The position numbers and the translations under genes are program-made. Of a stretch of DNA of 64,000 nt, positions 1 to 11,515 are shown piece after piece. The notes below the pieces were generated by a model, which saw only the letters and a program-made list of their open reading frames with translations, ran no database searches and was not told where the DNA came from. How positions within the stretch are numbered: the first letter of the stretch is position 1; the number at the start of each line of letters is the position of its first letter. The stretch is taken from NCBI GenBank assembly GCA_964016885.1, contig OZ024742.1, positions 1,426,001 to 1,490,000 on the forward strand. The letters run 5' to 3'. This stretch comes from Eledone cirrhosa (Eukaryota).

Positions 1-278
1 ATGTAGTGTACGGGAGAGGAGACTGAGGTGGTATGGACATGCGCATGGAGGATGACCGATGGGTGAAGAAGTGCCAGGAATTGCCAGTTGAAGGAAGACA
101 TGGTAGAGGTAGACCACGAAAAACATGGGCGGAGGTGGTGAGAACAGACCTCAGATTGCTCAAGCTCACGGTGGAGATGATGGAGGACCGTGACAAGTGG
201 AGAGATGCTGTGCTGAATAAGACCCGTCCCACCCTTGCAAGCAGGGAAAAGCGGACGTAAAATAATGATGATGATGAT
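1..278 (+). mobile_element. RTE-clade LINE 3' fragment
   Basis: Encodes the RTE C-terminal motifs (RLRWYGH; RGRPRKTW). Ends in CCCTTGCAAGCAGGGAAAAGCGGACGTAAAA-(TGA)n tail. Confidence 0.85.
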
Positions 279-416
279 CATCATCGAGAATGGTGGATTA
301 GTAGCAGAGTTAGTAGAGTGACCGACAACATGCTTTGTGGTATACAGTTACATTCCTTTACGTTCTCAGTTCAAATTAATACATACATACATTTAACATC
401 ATTTAACATTCATTAT

Positions 417-750
417 GGAGGCACATGGCTTACTGGTTAGAGCATTGGCCTTGCACTCGAAAGGTTGTGAGTTCAATTCTCAGACCGGGTGATGTGTTGT
501 TTCCTTGAGCAAGACACTTTATTTCACATTGCTCCAGTTTACTCAGCTGTAGAAATGAGATGATAGGGACTGGGGTCCCTATCATTCCACTGCAAACTGG
601 TTGTGGAGGTTCCACGGCAAAAAAGCACCCAGCACTCACTGTAAATGAGGTTGGTGTTAGGAAGGGCATCCAGCTGTAGAAATCAAGCCAGAATCAGTTC
701 CCGTCTCACCCTTGCAAGCAGGGAAAAAGTGGACGTAAAATGATGATGAT
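417..750 (+). mobile_element. tRNA-derived CORE-like SINE with RTE-type tail
   Basis: tRNA-like head with A/B boxes (TGGCTTACTGG...GTTCAATTC). Central CCTTGAGCAAGACACTT...CAGTTTACTCAGCTGTAGAAATG resembles the CORE domain. The 3' tail matches that of the RTE at 1-278. Confidence 0.85.
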
Positions 751-1104
751 ATTTCCCTGCTAGCGATATATATATTGAGGTAGTGTCCTAGCATCAAATA
801 CTGTTGATGGTTGAATGGAACATATTGAGGTAGTGTCCTAGCATCAAATACTCTTCATGTCACCTTTTTCATCATTATCATCGTTTTTACATCCATTTTT
901 TTTCCACTCTTGCATGGGTTTATATATATATATATATATATAGAATTTGGATTTAATGCTCTGAAATAGCGATATATATGTGAAGACAAACAGAATATTC
1001 GAAAATATTCTGTATGTTTATAATAAACATTTTGAAGACCTAATCGCTATAGAATAGAATACGTCACGTATTACAATTTGAGATTCTCGATAAAAGCAAG
1101 GGAA

Positions 1105-1147
1105 GTAACCTACGCGTTTCATTCTTATTAGAAATCATCAGGATTAC
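1105..1147 (-). ncRNA. Type I hammerhead ribozyme
   Basis: Reverse complement reads GTAATC-CTGATGA-TTTCTAATAAGAAT-GAAA-CGCG-TA-GGTTAC. Confidence 0.8.
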
Positions 1148-1469
1148 ATATCCAATGCTTTTATCGAGAATGACACAGCTAGAGACTTATAGAATACTTA
1201 GCTGTGTACAGGAACTGGTTTGAAAGAGCGGTTGCCGGTCCGGCAGAAATTAGAATTTGGATTTAATGCTCTGAAATAGCGATATATATGTGAAGACAAA
1301 CAGAATATTCGAAAATATTCTGTATGTTTATAATAAACATTTTGAAGACCTAATCGCTATAGAATAGAATACGTCACGTATTACAATTTGAGATTCTCGA
1401 TAAAAGCAAGGGAAGTAACCTACGCGATAAGTCTCTAGCTGTGTCATTCTCGATAAAAGCATTGGATAT

Positions 1470-1512
1470 GTAATCCTGATGATTTCTAATAAGAATGAAA
1501 CGCGTAGGTTAC
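1470..1512 (+). ncRNA. Type I hammerhead ribozyme
   Basis: Stem I GTAATC/GGTTAC, core CTGATGA, stem II TTCT-AATA-AGAA (T.T first pair), GAAA, palindromic stem III ACGCGT, GUA cleavage triplet. Confidence 0.8.
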
Positions 1513-1781
1513 TTCCCTTGCTTTTATCGAGAATCTCAAATTGTAATACGTGACGTATTCTATTCTATAGCGATTAGGTCTTCAAAATGTTTATTATAAA
1601 CATACAGAATATTTTCGAATATTCTATGTTTGTCTTCACATATATATCGCTATTTCAGAGCATTAAATCCAAATTCTAATTTCTGCCGGACCGGCAACCG
1701 CTCTTTCAAACCAGTTCCTGTACACAGCTAAGTATTCTATAAGTCTCTAGCTGTGTCATTCTCGATAAAAGCATTGGATAT

Positions 1782-1824
1782 GTAATCCTGATGATCTCTA
1801 ATAAGAATGAAACGCGTAGGTTAC
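1782..1824 (+). ncRNA. Type I hammerhead ribozyme (one T>C in stem II)
   Basis: Same motif, 312 bp downstream. Confidence 0.75.
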
Positions 1825-2093
1825 TTCCCTTGCTTTTATCGAGAATCTCAAATTGTAATACGTGACGTATTCTATTCTATAGCGATTAGGTCTTCAAAAT
1901 GTTTATTATAAACATACAGAATATTTTCGAATATTCTATGTTTGTCTTCACATATATATCGCTATTTCAGAGCATTAAATCCAAATTCTAATTTCTGCCG
2001 GACCGGCAACCGCTCTTTCAAACCAGTTTCTGTACACAGCTAAGTATTCTATAAGTCTCTAGCTGCGTCATTCTCGATAAAAGCATTGGATAT

Positions 2094-2136
2094 GTAATCC
2101 TGATGATTTCTAATAAGAATGAAACGCGTAGGTTAC
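2094..2136 (+). ncRNA. Type I hammerhead ribozyme
   Basis: Same motif, third + strand copy. Confidence 0.8.
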
Positions 2137-2405
2137 TTCCCTTGCTTTTATCGAGAATCTCAAATTGTAATACGTGACGTATTCTATTCTATAGCGATTA
2201 GGTCTTCAAAATGTTTATTATAAACATACAGAATATTTTCGAATATTCTATGTTTGTCTTCACATATATATCGCTATTTCAGAGCATTAAATCCAAATTC
2301 TAATTTCTGCCGGACCGGCAACCGCTCTTTCAAACCAGTTCCTGTACACAGCTAAGTATTCTATAAGTCTCTAGCTGTGTCATTCTCGATAAAAGCATTG
2401 GGTAT

Positions 2406-2448
2406 GTAATCCTGATGATTTCTAATAAGAATGAAACGCGTAGGTTAC
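2406..2448 (+). ncRNA. Type I hammerhead ribozyme
   Basis: Same motif, fourth + strand copy. Confidence 0.8.
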
Positions 2449-2625
2449 TTCCCTTGCTTTTATCGAGAATCTCAAATTGTAATACGTGACGTATTCTATT
2501 CTATAGCGATTAGGTCTTCAAAATGTTTATTATAAACATACAGAATATTTTCGAATATTCTATGTTTGTCTTCACATATATATATATATATATATACAAT
2601 TCTCATGCACATGATTCTGTTGCAG

Positions 2626-2726
2626 GGCTCTTCTGCACTTTGGAAAGGTGTAGGCAGTATGTTTGTAGTAAAAGGATTACTGCTAGGAACAGAAACTATT
2701 ATAGATGAAACAACATGGCTCCCAAA
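2626..2726 (+). CDS. SLC25A46: SLC25A46 mitochondrial carrier-family protein, internal exon
   Basis: ag|[33 protein letters not shown]|gtaagt; resembles human ALWKGMGSTFIVQG as recalled. Confidence 0.9.
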
Positions 2727-3090
2727 GTAAGTTCCATTACCATTTCTACATCTTGGAAAACTTTCAAGATTATATCTATTGTAATTCTAATATATTTTCG
2801 TGGTTGTGTAAAAATTAAAGCTATATGTTGTTATGTCAAAAATTGTATAAGTAATTGTTTCTACTTTTGGCACAAGGCCAGCAAAATTGTATAAATAATA
2901 ATAGTAATAATGAAAATTATTGTGTACAGTGCTCAGGTGTACTACAACTCATCAATGTCTTTAAGATTGTATTTATTGTAATTCCAATATATTTTCATGG
3001 TTGTGTAAACATTAAAGTTTTTGTATAATAATTCATAAGACACAGGTGACAGGTTTTGTTGATATTTGTTCCTTATTCTTCTGTTTTTAG

Positions 3091-3147
3091 GGAAATCTCA
3101 GCCCACAGTTCTTTAAAGAAATACGTTGAACATTTACTTCTGAAAGG
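3091..3147 (+). CDS. SLC25A46: SLC25A46 internal exon
   Basis: 57 nt, AG/GT, phase-compatible; EISAHSSLKKYVEHLLLK. Confidence 0.9.
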
Positions 3148-3486
3148 GTTAGTATAACCTTTAGAAGTTCTGTTTATTGTTAAGAATGTTTTAACCCATC
3201 TCACATGTTGATACCAGCACAGTCTTCTTCTCTCTTGTACAAGACATATTGATTCCTCTTCAGTCTCTCAGATCACAGCTTTACTGTTTATGTATTATTA
3301 ACATCATACATCCATCAAAACACTTCATTTCTCTCCAGTCTCCTCATATCCTCTCCATCTACATATCATATTATAGCAAATTTCTGTTTTAGTAAATATA
3401 TTCCTATAAAATATTAAACCCTATATGTGTGGTGCATTCTAAAATTATTTGTGATCCATTAATTTTTCCTTTTTTTTTATTTCCAG

Positions 3487-3544
3487 AATATCATTTGCAG
3501 TCAACACACCTTTTTATGCTGCGGTTCTTATTGAAACTGTCCAG
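3487..3544 (+). CDS. SLC25A46: SLC25A46 internal exon
   Basis: 58 nt, AG/GT; ISFAVNTPFYAAVLIETVQ. Confidence 0.9.
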
Positions 3545-3570
3545 GTATTTATTGAGTTCTTCCTGTGGAA

Positions 3571-5550
3571 TGGTAGACTTAGTATGTTCCCCAGTATAAC
3601 ACCACCACCAACTACACTAGACTTAGTATGTTCCCCAGTATAACACCACCACCAACTACACTAGACTTAGTATGTTCCCCAGTATAACACCACCACCAAT
3701 TACAGGAGACTTAGTATGTTCCCCAGTATAACACCAGCAACTACAGTAGCCTTAGTATGTTCCCCAGTATAACACCACCACCAACTACACTAGACTTAGT
3801 ATGTTTCCCAGTATAACACCACCAACTACGGTAGACTTAGTATGTTCCCCAGTATAAACACCACCACCAACTACGGTAGACTTAGTATGTTCCCAGTATA
3901 ACACCAGCAACTACAGTAGACTTAGTATGTTCCCCAGTATAACACCAGCAACTACAGTAGACTTAGTATGTTCCCCAGTATAACAGCACCAGCAACTACA
4001 GTAGACTTAGTATGTTCCCCAGTATAACACCACCAACTACGGTAGACTTAGTATGTTCCCCAGTATAACACCACCAACTACGGTAGACTTAGTATGTTCC
4101 CCAGTATAACACCACCACCAACTACAGTAGACTTAGTATGTTCCCCAGTATAACACAACCACCAACTACGGTAGACTTAGTATGTTCCCCAGTATAACAC
4201 CAGCAACTACAGTAGACTTAGTATGTTCCCCAGTATAACACCGCCACCACCAACTACAGTAGACTTAGTATATTCCCTAGTATAACACCACCACCACCAA
4301 CTACGGTAGACTTAGTATGTTCCCCAGTATAACACCACCACCAACTACGGTAGACTTAGTATGTTCCCCAATATAACACCACCACCAACTACAGTAGACT
4401 TAGTATGTTCCCCAGTATAACACCACCAACTACGGTAGACTTAGTATGTTCCCCAGTATAACACCACCACCAACTACAGTAGACTTAGTATGTTCCCCAG
4501 TATAACAACACCACCACCAACTACGGTAGACTTAGTATGTTCCCCAGTATAACACCACCACCAACTACGGTAGACTTAGTATGTTCCCCAGTATAACACC
4601 ACCACCAACTACGGTAGACTTAGTATATTCCCCAGTATAACACCACCACCAACTACGGTAGACTTAGTATATTCCCAGTATAACACCACCACCAACTACG
4701 GTCGACTTAGTATGTTCCCCAGTATAACACCAGCAACTACAGTAGACTTAGTATGTTCCCCAGTATAACACCACCACCAACTACGGTAGACTTAGTATGT
4801 TCCCCAGTATAACACCACCACCAACTACGGTAGACTTAGTATATTCCCCAGTATAACACCACCACCAACTACAGTAGACTTAGTATGTTCCCCAGTATAA
4901 CACAACCACCAACTACGGTAGACTTAGTATATTCCCCAGTATAACACCACCACCACCAACTACAGTAGACTTAGTATATTCCCCAGTATAACACCACCAC
5001 CACCAACTACAGTAGACTTAGTATATTCCCCAGTATAACACCACCACCACCAACTACGGTAGACTTAGTATATTCCCCAGTATAACACCACCACCAACTA
5101 CGGTAGACTTAGTATATTCCCCAGTATAACACCAGCAACTACGGTAGACTTAGTATATTCCCCAGTATAACACCACCACCACCAACTACGGTAGACTTAG
5201 TATGTTCCCCAGTATAACACCACCACCACCAACTACAGTTGACTTAGTATATTCCCCAGTATAACACCACCACCACCAACTACGGTAGACTTAGTATGTT
5301 CCCCAGTATAACACCACCACCAACTACGGTAGACTTAGTATGTTCCCCAGTATAACACCACCACCACCAACTACGGTAGACTTAGTATGTTCCCCAGTAT
5401 AACACCACCACCACCAACTACAGTTGACTTAGTATATTCCCCAGTATAACACCAGCAACTACGGTAGACTTAGTATATTCCCCAGTATAACACCACCACC
5501 ACCAACTACGGTAGACTTAGTATGTTCCCCAGTATAACACCACCACCAAC
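3571..5550. repeat. Intronic minisatellite, 41-47 bp unit (~45 copies)
   Basis: TAGACTTAGTATGTTCCCCAGTATAA(CAC)nCAACTACRG repeated; unit length varies with the CAC count. Confidence 0.95.
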
Positions 5551-5559
5551 TGGTATAAT

Positions 5560-5720
5560 AGGCAACGAATTGGGCAAAGTCATTAGAACGCCAGATAGAA
5601 TGCTCTGCTGTATTCATTCCAGTTCTCCAATCTCTCAGTTCAAATCCCTCCAAGGTCAACTTTGCCTTTCATCCATTCAAGGTCGATAAACATAATACCA
5701 GTCTAGTTCTGGGGTTCAAT
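5560..5720 (+). mobile_element. Degenerate tRNA-derived SINE (family 2)
   Basis: GTTCAAATCC...GGTCAACTTTGCCTTTCATCC...GGTCGATAAA matches the copies at 10678, 37735 and 39553. Confidence 0.7.
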
Positions 5721-5914
5721 TCTCCCTCTATATCTCTGTTGTTTAACACTCTAAGTTTAAAACCACTCTGGTTTCTCCTCACCCTGAGTGGATAAATCTT
5801 TTTCCTTTTACTACCCTGAATAATAAGAAAGTATTACTAAATCCCTCCAAATTGTTGATTATTTTCTAAAAACAGTATCTTTCTAGTGATATTGATATTT
5901 CTGTGTTGTTTCAG

Positions 5915-6127
5915 AGTGATATTGGTGGAGACAAACCAGGGCTATTTGACTGTGTCAAGGAAGGTGTCACACGAGTTGTTGGTATTGGTATGCCACAGAC
6001 AACTCGGTTATTACCAATCTACAAACTGATGTTACCAACAGCCACCTACTGGCTTCTGGACTATATAACCACCTCTATAGCTCAATATACAGTTATGTCT
6101 GCAGTGCGATCTGAGCAACAAGAACAG
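5915..6127 (+). CDS. SLC25A46: SLC25A46 internal exon
   Basis: 213 nt, AG/GT; SDIGGDKPGLFDCVKEGVTRVVGIGMP...RLLP. Confidence 0.92.
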
Positions 6128-6297
6128 GTAAACATATATCTAAATATACCAGTTTTCAGTTGTTGTGGCAGACACATTGTAGGTTTAGCCAGACTCTGAT
6201 TCATAAATAAATATGAAGATATCCCAAGTATGGATAATTGAATGAGAATGAATTACACACATTTTAAATTCTGAGAATATTACCAAATATGACAAGC

Positions 6298-6420
6298 ATT
6301 GTGACTATAACAACCAAGATGTTGACACTAGTCTGAATATATCAATGTATAATAAGAATAATACTACTGAAGATGGCCAGAGGGTAGAACAACTGAAATA
6401 TTGTGACTATAACAACCAAT
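6298..6420 (+). repeat. Penelope-type repeat remnant with degenerate hammerhead-like core
   Basis: CTGAAGA-TGGCC...CAACT-GAAA between direct repeats TTGTGACTATAACAACCAA. A related copy is inverted at ~39440-39550. Confidence 0.45.
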
Positions 6421-6581
6421 AGGACACTAATGTATAATAATGATAATTCCTCATTTCACAAATCCAGATATAATTTATACATTTCTTTTGTTCAAATATT
6501 TGTTGTCATGTTAATATATTTTCCAATATTTGCCCCAAATATTAATTTTCTTTGTTTTATTTTATTTCTAAATTTCTCCAG

Positions 6582-6959
6582 GAAATGGATGGTGTTAGTG
6601 TGTATCAAACATGTTTCCCTGAATTATTAGCACAATACACAGGTGGGCTTCTGTCTAATGCCTTACTGTTTCCCTTGGAAACTGTACTTCACCGACTTTA
6701 TCTTCAAGGAACTCGGACAATAATTGACAATACAGACAATGGTCTTGGAGTTATCCCCATCAATACCAAATATGAAGGTGTCATTGATTGTTTTAAAAGT
6801 ATCTTCTTTGAGGAAGGGCTGTTTGGATTTTACAAAGGTGTTGGAGCCTTAATACTACAATATGCTCTTCATGCTTTAATTCTGAAAGGTGCTTTCTTTT
6901 TGTTCAACACATTCACTAAAGACATGAGCCCATCAAAGAAAGTACAACCATCTCAAACT
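6582..6959 (+). CDS. SLC25A46: SLC25A46 internal exon (carrier repeat)
   Basis: FPELLAQY...FPLETVLHRLYLQGTRTIIDNTD...YEGVIDC...GFYKG is diagnostic of SLC25A46; donor ACT|gtgagt. Confidence 0.95.
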
Positions 6960-8083
6960 GTGAGTAAAATTTCACTCTTTAAACCAACCCTCTTATTTCA
7001 TCATTGTTTAATGTCCCTTATCATTGGTTGGATATTATGTCAAACTGGTCAGTATTCAAACAAAAGCCACTAACCTCTAGGTGGACCAAGGGTCAAACAA
7101 CCAATTCCGTGCTCTACCAAGTAGATTATATCATTGCAACGAGGAATGTTATGTTTGGGACATAGGTGAAAAGTTTTTCTAACTTTTTGTTTGGCAGGAT
7201 GCCCTTCCTATCACAAACTACTTTACAGAGTGTACTGGATTCATTTATCCTGTAGATCAACATTTGTTTCAATTTGTTCCGTTATAGTTTATCATCAATA
7301 ACATCATTTTAGATCTACTTCTGATGCTGGCTTGGAAAGTCACAGGGTTGTCACAGTCAATGTCAGTTCTTATTCAGAGTTACTGCCCTCATAAACAAGT
7401 CACAGGACCACATCTCGTACATTTCATTTTTGACATGGTTTCTATGACTAGGCCTTTCCTAATGCAAACCACTTTACAGAGTGTATTTTAGCATGTCACC
7501 AACACTAGAAAGTTTGTCATGTCCTCAACAAGACAAAAGAACCATCTCTACCCGATGTTGATTCTTTTCGGCCATTAAAATGTGACCATGTTGGGGCTCC
7601 TCCTGGATTTTTGCCATTCATATCAACATTTATTCAAGTCTGGTACTTATTTAATTGATATCTTTTTTGTCAAACTGCTACGTTAAGGGTCCTATACACG
7701 AATACACATCTTTATTTTATATACGTCTTCTATGGGACTAGGACTGCTCGTACGAATGAAACAGTTCTAGTCCTATAGAAGACATTTTTATATAAAATAT
7801 ACATACCCTAACTTAATAGTTCGACAAAAAGAAATTAATAAGATAAATACCCAGCTGGAAAACATAAATACTAGCATCAATATGATCAACTAAATAAAGA
7901 CATTGCCCCAGCATGGCCAGTCTAATGAAACAATAAACATACTGCAGTTGTGGCAAGTAACAGGATACAATTCACCAATTTCAGAACTTCTTGTTATAAA
8001 TGACAATTTAATTATTCATTGCCTTTCTTTTAACAATTTAAAAACAAAGTTCCTGGCATTATTTTATATTTTTTTTTTTGCAG

Positions 8084-8125
8084 CCGACAGAAGATTATAA
8101 TCCATTCCAGTCTCGTTACAATTAA
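8084..8125 (+). CDS. SLC25A46: SLC25A46 putative terminal exon
   Basis: Strong poly-T acceptor, phase 0, PTEDYNPFQSRYN*; AATAAA at ~8326. Confidence 0.6.
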   Translation, partial: PTEDYNPFQSRYN

Positions 8126-8694
8126 ATCTGTGATGATGTCCCGCCAGAACGAAAGAACATAAAAAAATAATCAGTATTGATGCAAAATTGTTTTTTCTTC
8201 TTCTGTTCAACTGAAGGCAAAATAGTTTCTCTCCACGGATCTCAAATAATGCAATATAATCTGTGGTTTCTCTTATTCTATGTTGATTTCAGAACTTTTA
8301 AAAATAATTTTACAAGTTAAACAAAAATAAAATGAAATGTGTAAAGTTATTGAGCAAAAATTATTTATATTCAAAATACAAAATGTTATTAAATAATAAT
8401 TATAATAATAATTTCTTTGCTATTTTTCTTCTTACAATTTTACACAGTTGATTCTTTTTTATCGCTTAATCAGGAGGGAAGGCAGTGCTAATGACCCTTT
8501 TTAAGGTCCTCCAAGATTACGAGAGGAGGGTATCAGGTCAACTGAAGACCTTCGTATAAATGTTTGTGATAGATTAAACTCTAGGCAATCAATGGCCATA
8601 TAGTGTTCGCAGGCCACAACACGGATGTAAAGAGCTGTACAGTGGTTATAGTGAGCTTTAAACACCAGAAACAACATTAACTCATATACATAAC

Positions 8695-9915
8695 ATCATC
8701 ATCATCGTTTAACGTCCATATTCCACGCATGGGTTTGGATGGGAGTTTTCCCACTTGAGACAAGAGTGGTTATCTTGCTCGCATAGGACTGTCTGGCGGG
8801 TTTTCTACGGCTGGATGCCCTTCCTAACACCAACCACATTTAGTGTGGAACTGGGAGGTTTTTACCGTGTTACCTACACGGCCACATTACAGCATGGACT
8901 GTGTTTTTTTGTCATGACACCTACACAACCTCATTTGTTTCGGGCTGGATGTTGTGGTACCAACATAAATTTACATTGAATGGGGTGGGGGTAGTGGGAC
9001 GGGGGTGTATTTTGTTAGAGGTGCCTACTGACTGTAGTAGGTTTCACTTTGTACTTAGGTAAGGCGGGTCTTCTGTATTACTGTGTAGCGCCAAAGATCT
9101 CGGTCCAGTGACATTGTCTTGGAGAGGTGTAAGTGTGTGAGGTCAGAATTTATCAAGTCATCCCAGGATTTTCTGGGTCTGCCTACTCCGTGGCTACCGT
9201 CTATCTTTATTGCCCTGCACTTTGTTATACAGCTATCGTCCTTCATGCGCATCACGTGACTATACCAACGTAGCCTTCTCTCGAGTAAACAACATCTGAT
9301 CCCTCTTATTTCTAATTTTTCCCTTAGTTCGTTTATGCTTTGCCGTTCACGTATATTACTATTACACATCCAGCGGAGCATGCAAGCTTCGTTCCTCTCC
9401 AGTCTGCATATATCCTCTGCACACAATGCCCAGGTCTCACTGCCATGTAACATTGCTGTTCGTATGCAGGCATCATACAGCCTGCCTTTCATTTTTAGAG
9501 AGAACCCTTTAGCGGCCAATAGTGGTACAAGCTCTCTGAACTTTTTCCATCCAGTTCTGACTCAAGCTACTGTACTTTCAGAGCACCCTCCCCCACTGCT
9601 GATTTTGTCATCCAGGTAACAGAAGCTGTCCACTATTTCTATAGAACCATCTGTGCAATGGAATGAGCTAGTATTCTGTGGGCACTTATTGCACCAGAGC
9701 ACCAGCCACATATAAAATCTATGTTCTTAGTTAGCTTACCTGTGATCCCACTACATCTTTTATGCACCCATACTTTGCATTTGGGACATAAAATGGAGTT
9801 TCTACCTACTCATTTCCTACACACTGAGCATGGCCATTTCCCGGATGGGACCGGTGCCCTATTTTCCTTCCTACAAACTAGAACTTTAGTCTTAGACAGG
9901 TTAATTTTAAGGCCT
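8695..9915 (-). mobile_element. RTE LINE, 5'-truncated and degraded
   Basis: ORF fragments match the 28841-30235 protein; 3' UTR and (GAT)n tail present. Confidence 0.92.
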
Positions 9916-10496
9916 TTAACATGTTTTTCACAATACCAAGAAGACATTAATATAGGAAAGGGCCACCTTAAAATCATGTTTGGCCAGGAGTTCACCTCTC
10001 CAAGGTACAAACCTCGACAGTATTTTGTGAAAAACCAACAGTCAAGTTTCCCTCTTCACACCACCAATGTTGTTCAAAGGAAAGGTTTTCAGTCAAGAAT
10101 ATATTTACGAAGTTTTAATATTTTGATATTTAAAATATTTAGAGTATAGTTTTGGTTTCACAACTCCATTATGTAATAATTTATTACCAATTTCCAGTTG
10201 TTTTGAAGGTCATATTCATTCAAAACATATCAAAAACGAATTTCACATCCAAAGTAAAACTGGTGTAATATACCCCCAAAGTGAAACATATTTCAACACC
10301 TCGTTTCTACAGAATTTTGAAGTTGGTGAAAATCGACAAAATATTGACCTCGATTATAAGCCAACCCAATTTTACCATTGATTTCTCAGCTTATCATCAT
10401 CATTTCATTTTACGTCCGCTTTTCCTTGCTTGCAAGGATATACAAGTATATACAGAAATAAATAAAGAAGAAACAAGATTTATAGAAAAAATATTT

Positions 10497-10609
10497 TTAA
10501 TCATCACCAAAAGTTATCTTTTTACCTTGAAATACTTTAATAGCTGATGTCTCTAGTTTTCTCTTACGACTGGCTTCCCAGGAAGGGTGTAATTTTCCAC
10601 TAGGAACAC
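10497..10609 (-). CDS. SRFBP1: SRFBP1 last exon (BUD22 C-terminal motif)
   Basis: [17 protein letters not shown]...[11 protein letters not shown], the hallmark BUD22/SRFBP1 terminus. Confidence 0.93.
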
Positions 10610-10677
10610 CTGCAAATAGAAGTTTTGAAAAGAAGGTAAAATTAATATAGAAACATAGTTTTCTGATTGTTAACATA

Positions 10678-10864
10678 ATTGTTTCTACTTTAGGCACAAG
10701 GCCAGCAATTACCCAGTGCATTACTGGTACTTTATTTTATCGACCCCGTAAGGATGAAAGGCAAAGTCAACCTCCGCGGGATTTGAACTCAGATCGTAAA
10801 GGGACGTAACTATGCTGGAAAGCATGGCGTCCGACCCTCTGCCGATACTGCCAATCCACCGCCC
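10678..10864 (-). mobile_element. tRNA-derived SINE (family 2)
   Basis: GGTGGATTGGCAGTATCGG...GTTCAAATCCCGC...TTTCATCCTTACGGGGTCGATAAAATAAAGTACCAG; multiple copies in the window. Confidence 0.85.
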
Positions 10865-10896
10865 TAATTGATTGTTAACATAATGTACAGGGGTCA

Positions 10897-10968
10897 TCCT
10901 TGGTAATATAGTGGTAAGTATCCCCACCTGTCACGCGGGAGACCAGGGTTCGATCTCCCGCCGGGGAG
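10897..10968 (+). tRNA. tRNA-Asp(GTC)-like, probably a pseudogene
   Basis: 72 nt closely resembling eukaryotic tRNA-Asp, anticodon loop CT-GTC-AC. A.C mismatches in the anticodon and T stems; TTCGATCT instead of TTCGATTC. Confidence 0.8.
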
Positions 10969-11515
10969 GCTATTAATTCTCAAAGGCGATGCTCCAGCAT
11001 GGCCTCATCCGGATGGCTGGAACAGGTAAAAGAGTAAGACAAATATTTCATGTTTTCAGCTCTGATTATTGTTACATGTTTACCATGTACCACAATGTCC
11101 ACTGTGAAGATATTTAGTTTAGTGGTTAGAGAGTTAGATTCACAATTGTGAGGCTGTGAGTTCGATTCCCAGGCTAGGAAATGTGTTATGTCCTTGAACA
11201 AGACACTTTATTCTTTCTGTCAGGAGTTGCAACCAGTGGATAGTATCAGCAATGGAATGACCAATGGAAACATGGTTTCTTTCGTCTGATTTGACAAGTT
11301 CCAACCAACTCAGAAAGTGAATAAGTTCTGGGATTTTGTCAATTGAGATAAAAAAGAAATGTCCATCTGGTTTAGAATAGGTTCACCTTATCATAAGAAG
11401 TGACTAAAAGGGTTAGTGTTAAGAAGGGCATTTGACTAGAAAACATTGCTTCAAAATGTCCAGCCCATACTAACATGGAAAAGTCAATGTAAAAATGATG
11501 ATGATGGTTGCTTAC

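Larger units (their letters stand above)
943..2578. mobile_element. Hammerhead-containing tandem/inverted repeat (retrozyme-like or Penelope pLTR array)
   Basis: About 1.6 units (310-bp period) on the - strand at 943-1426, then about 3.7 units (312-bp period) on the + strand at 1427-2578. Flanked by (TA)n on both sides. Confidence 0.85.

Noticed and set aside
417-490. tRNA genes at SINE heads
   Set aside because: A/B boxes are present, but the heads are fused to SINE bodies and lack a complete cloverleaf.
772-852. 31-bp direct repeat at 50-bp spacing
   Set aside because: Only two copies; a simple local duplication.
6960-7073. ORF-track C-terminus of SLC25A46
   Set aside because: Follows a consensus donor (GTGAGT) and is likely intron read-through; the 8084 exon is preferred but unproven.
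7712-7800. ~35-bp imperfect hairpin as an ncRNA or ribozyme
   Set aside because: No CTGANGA core; most likely a small fold-back remnant.
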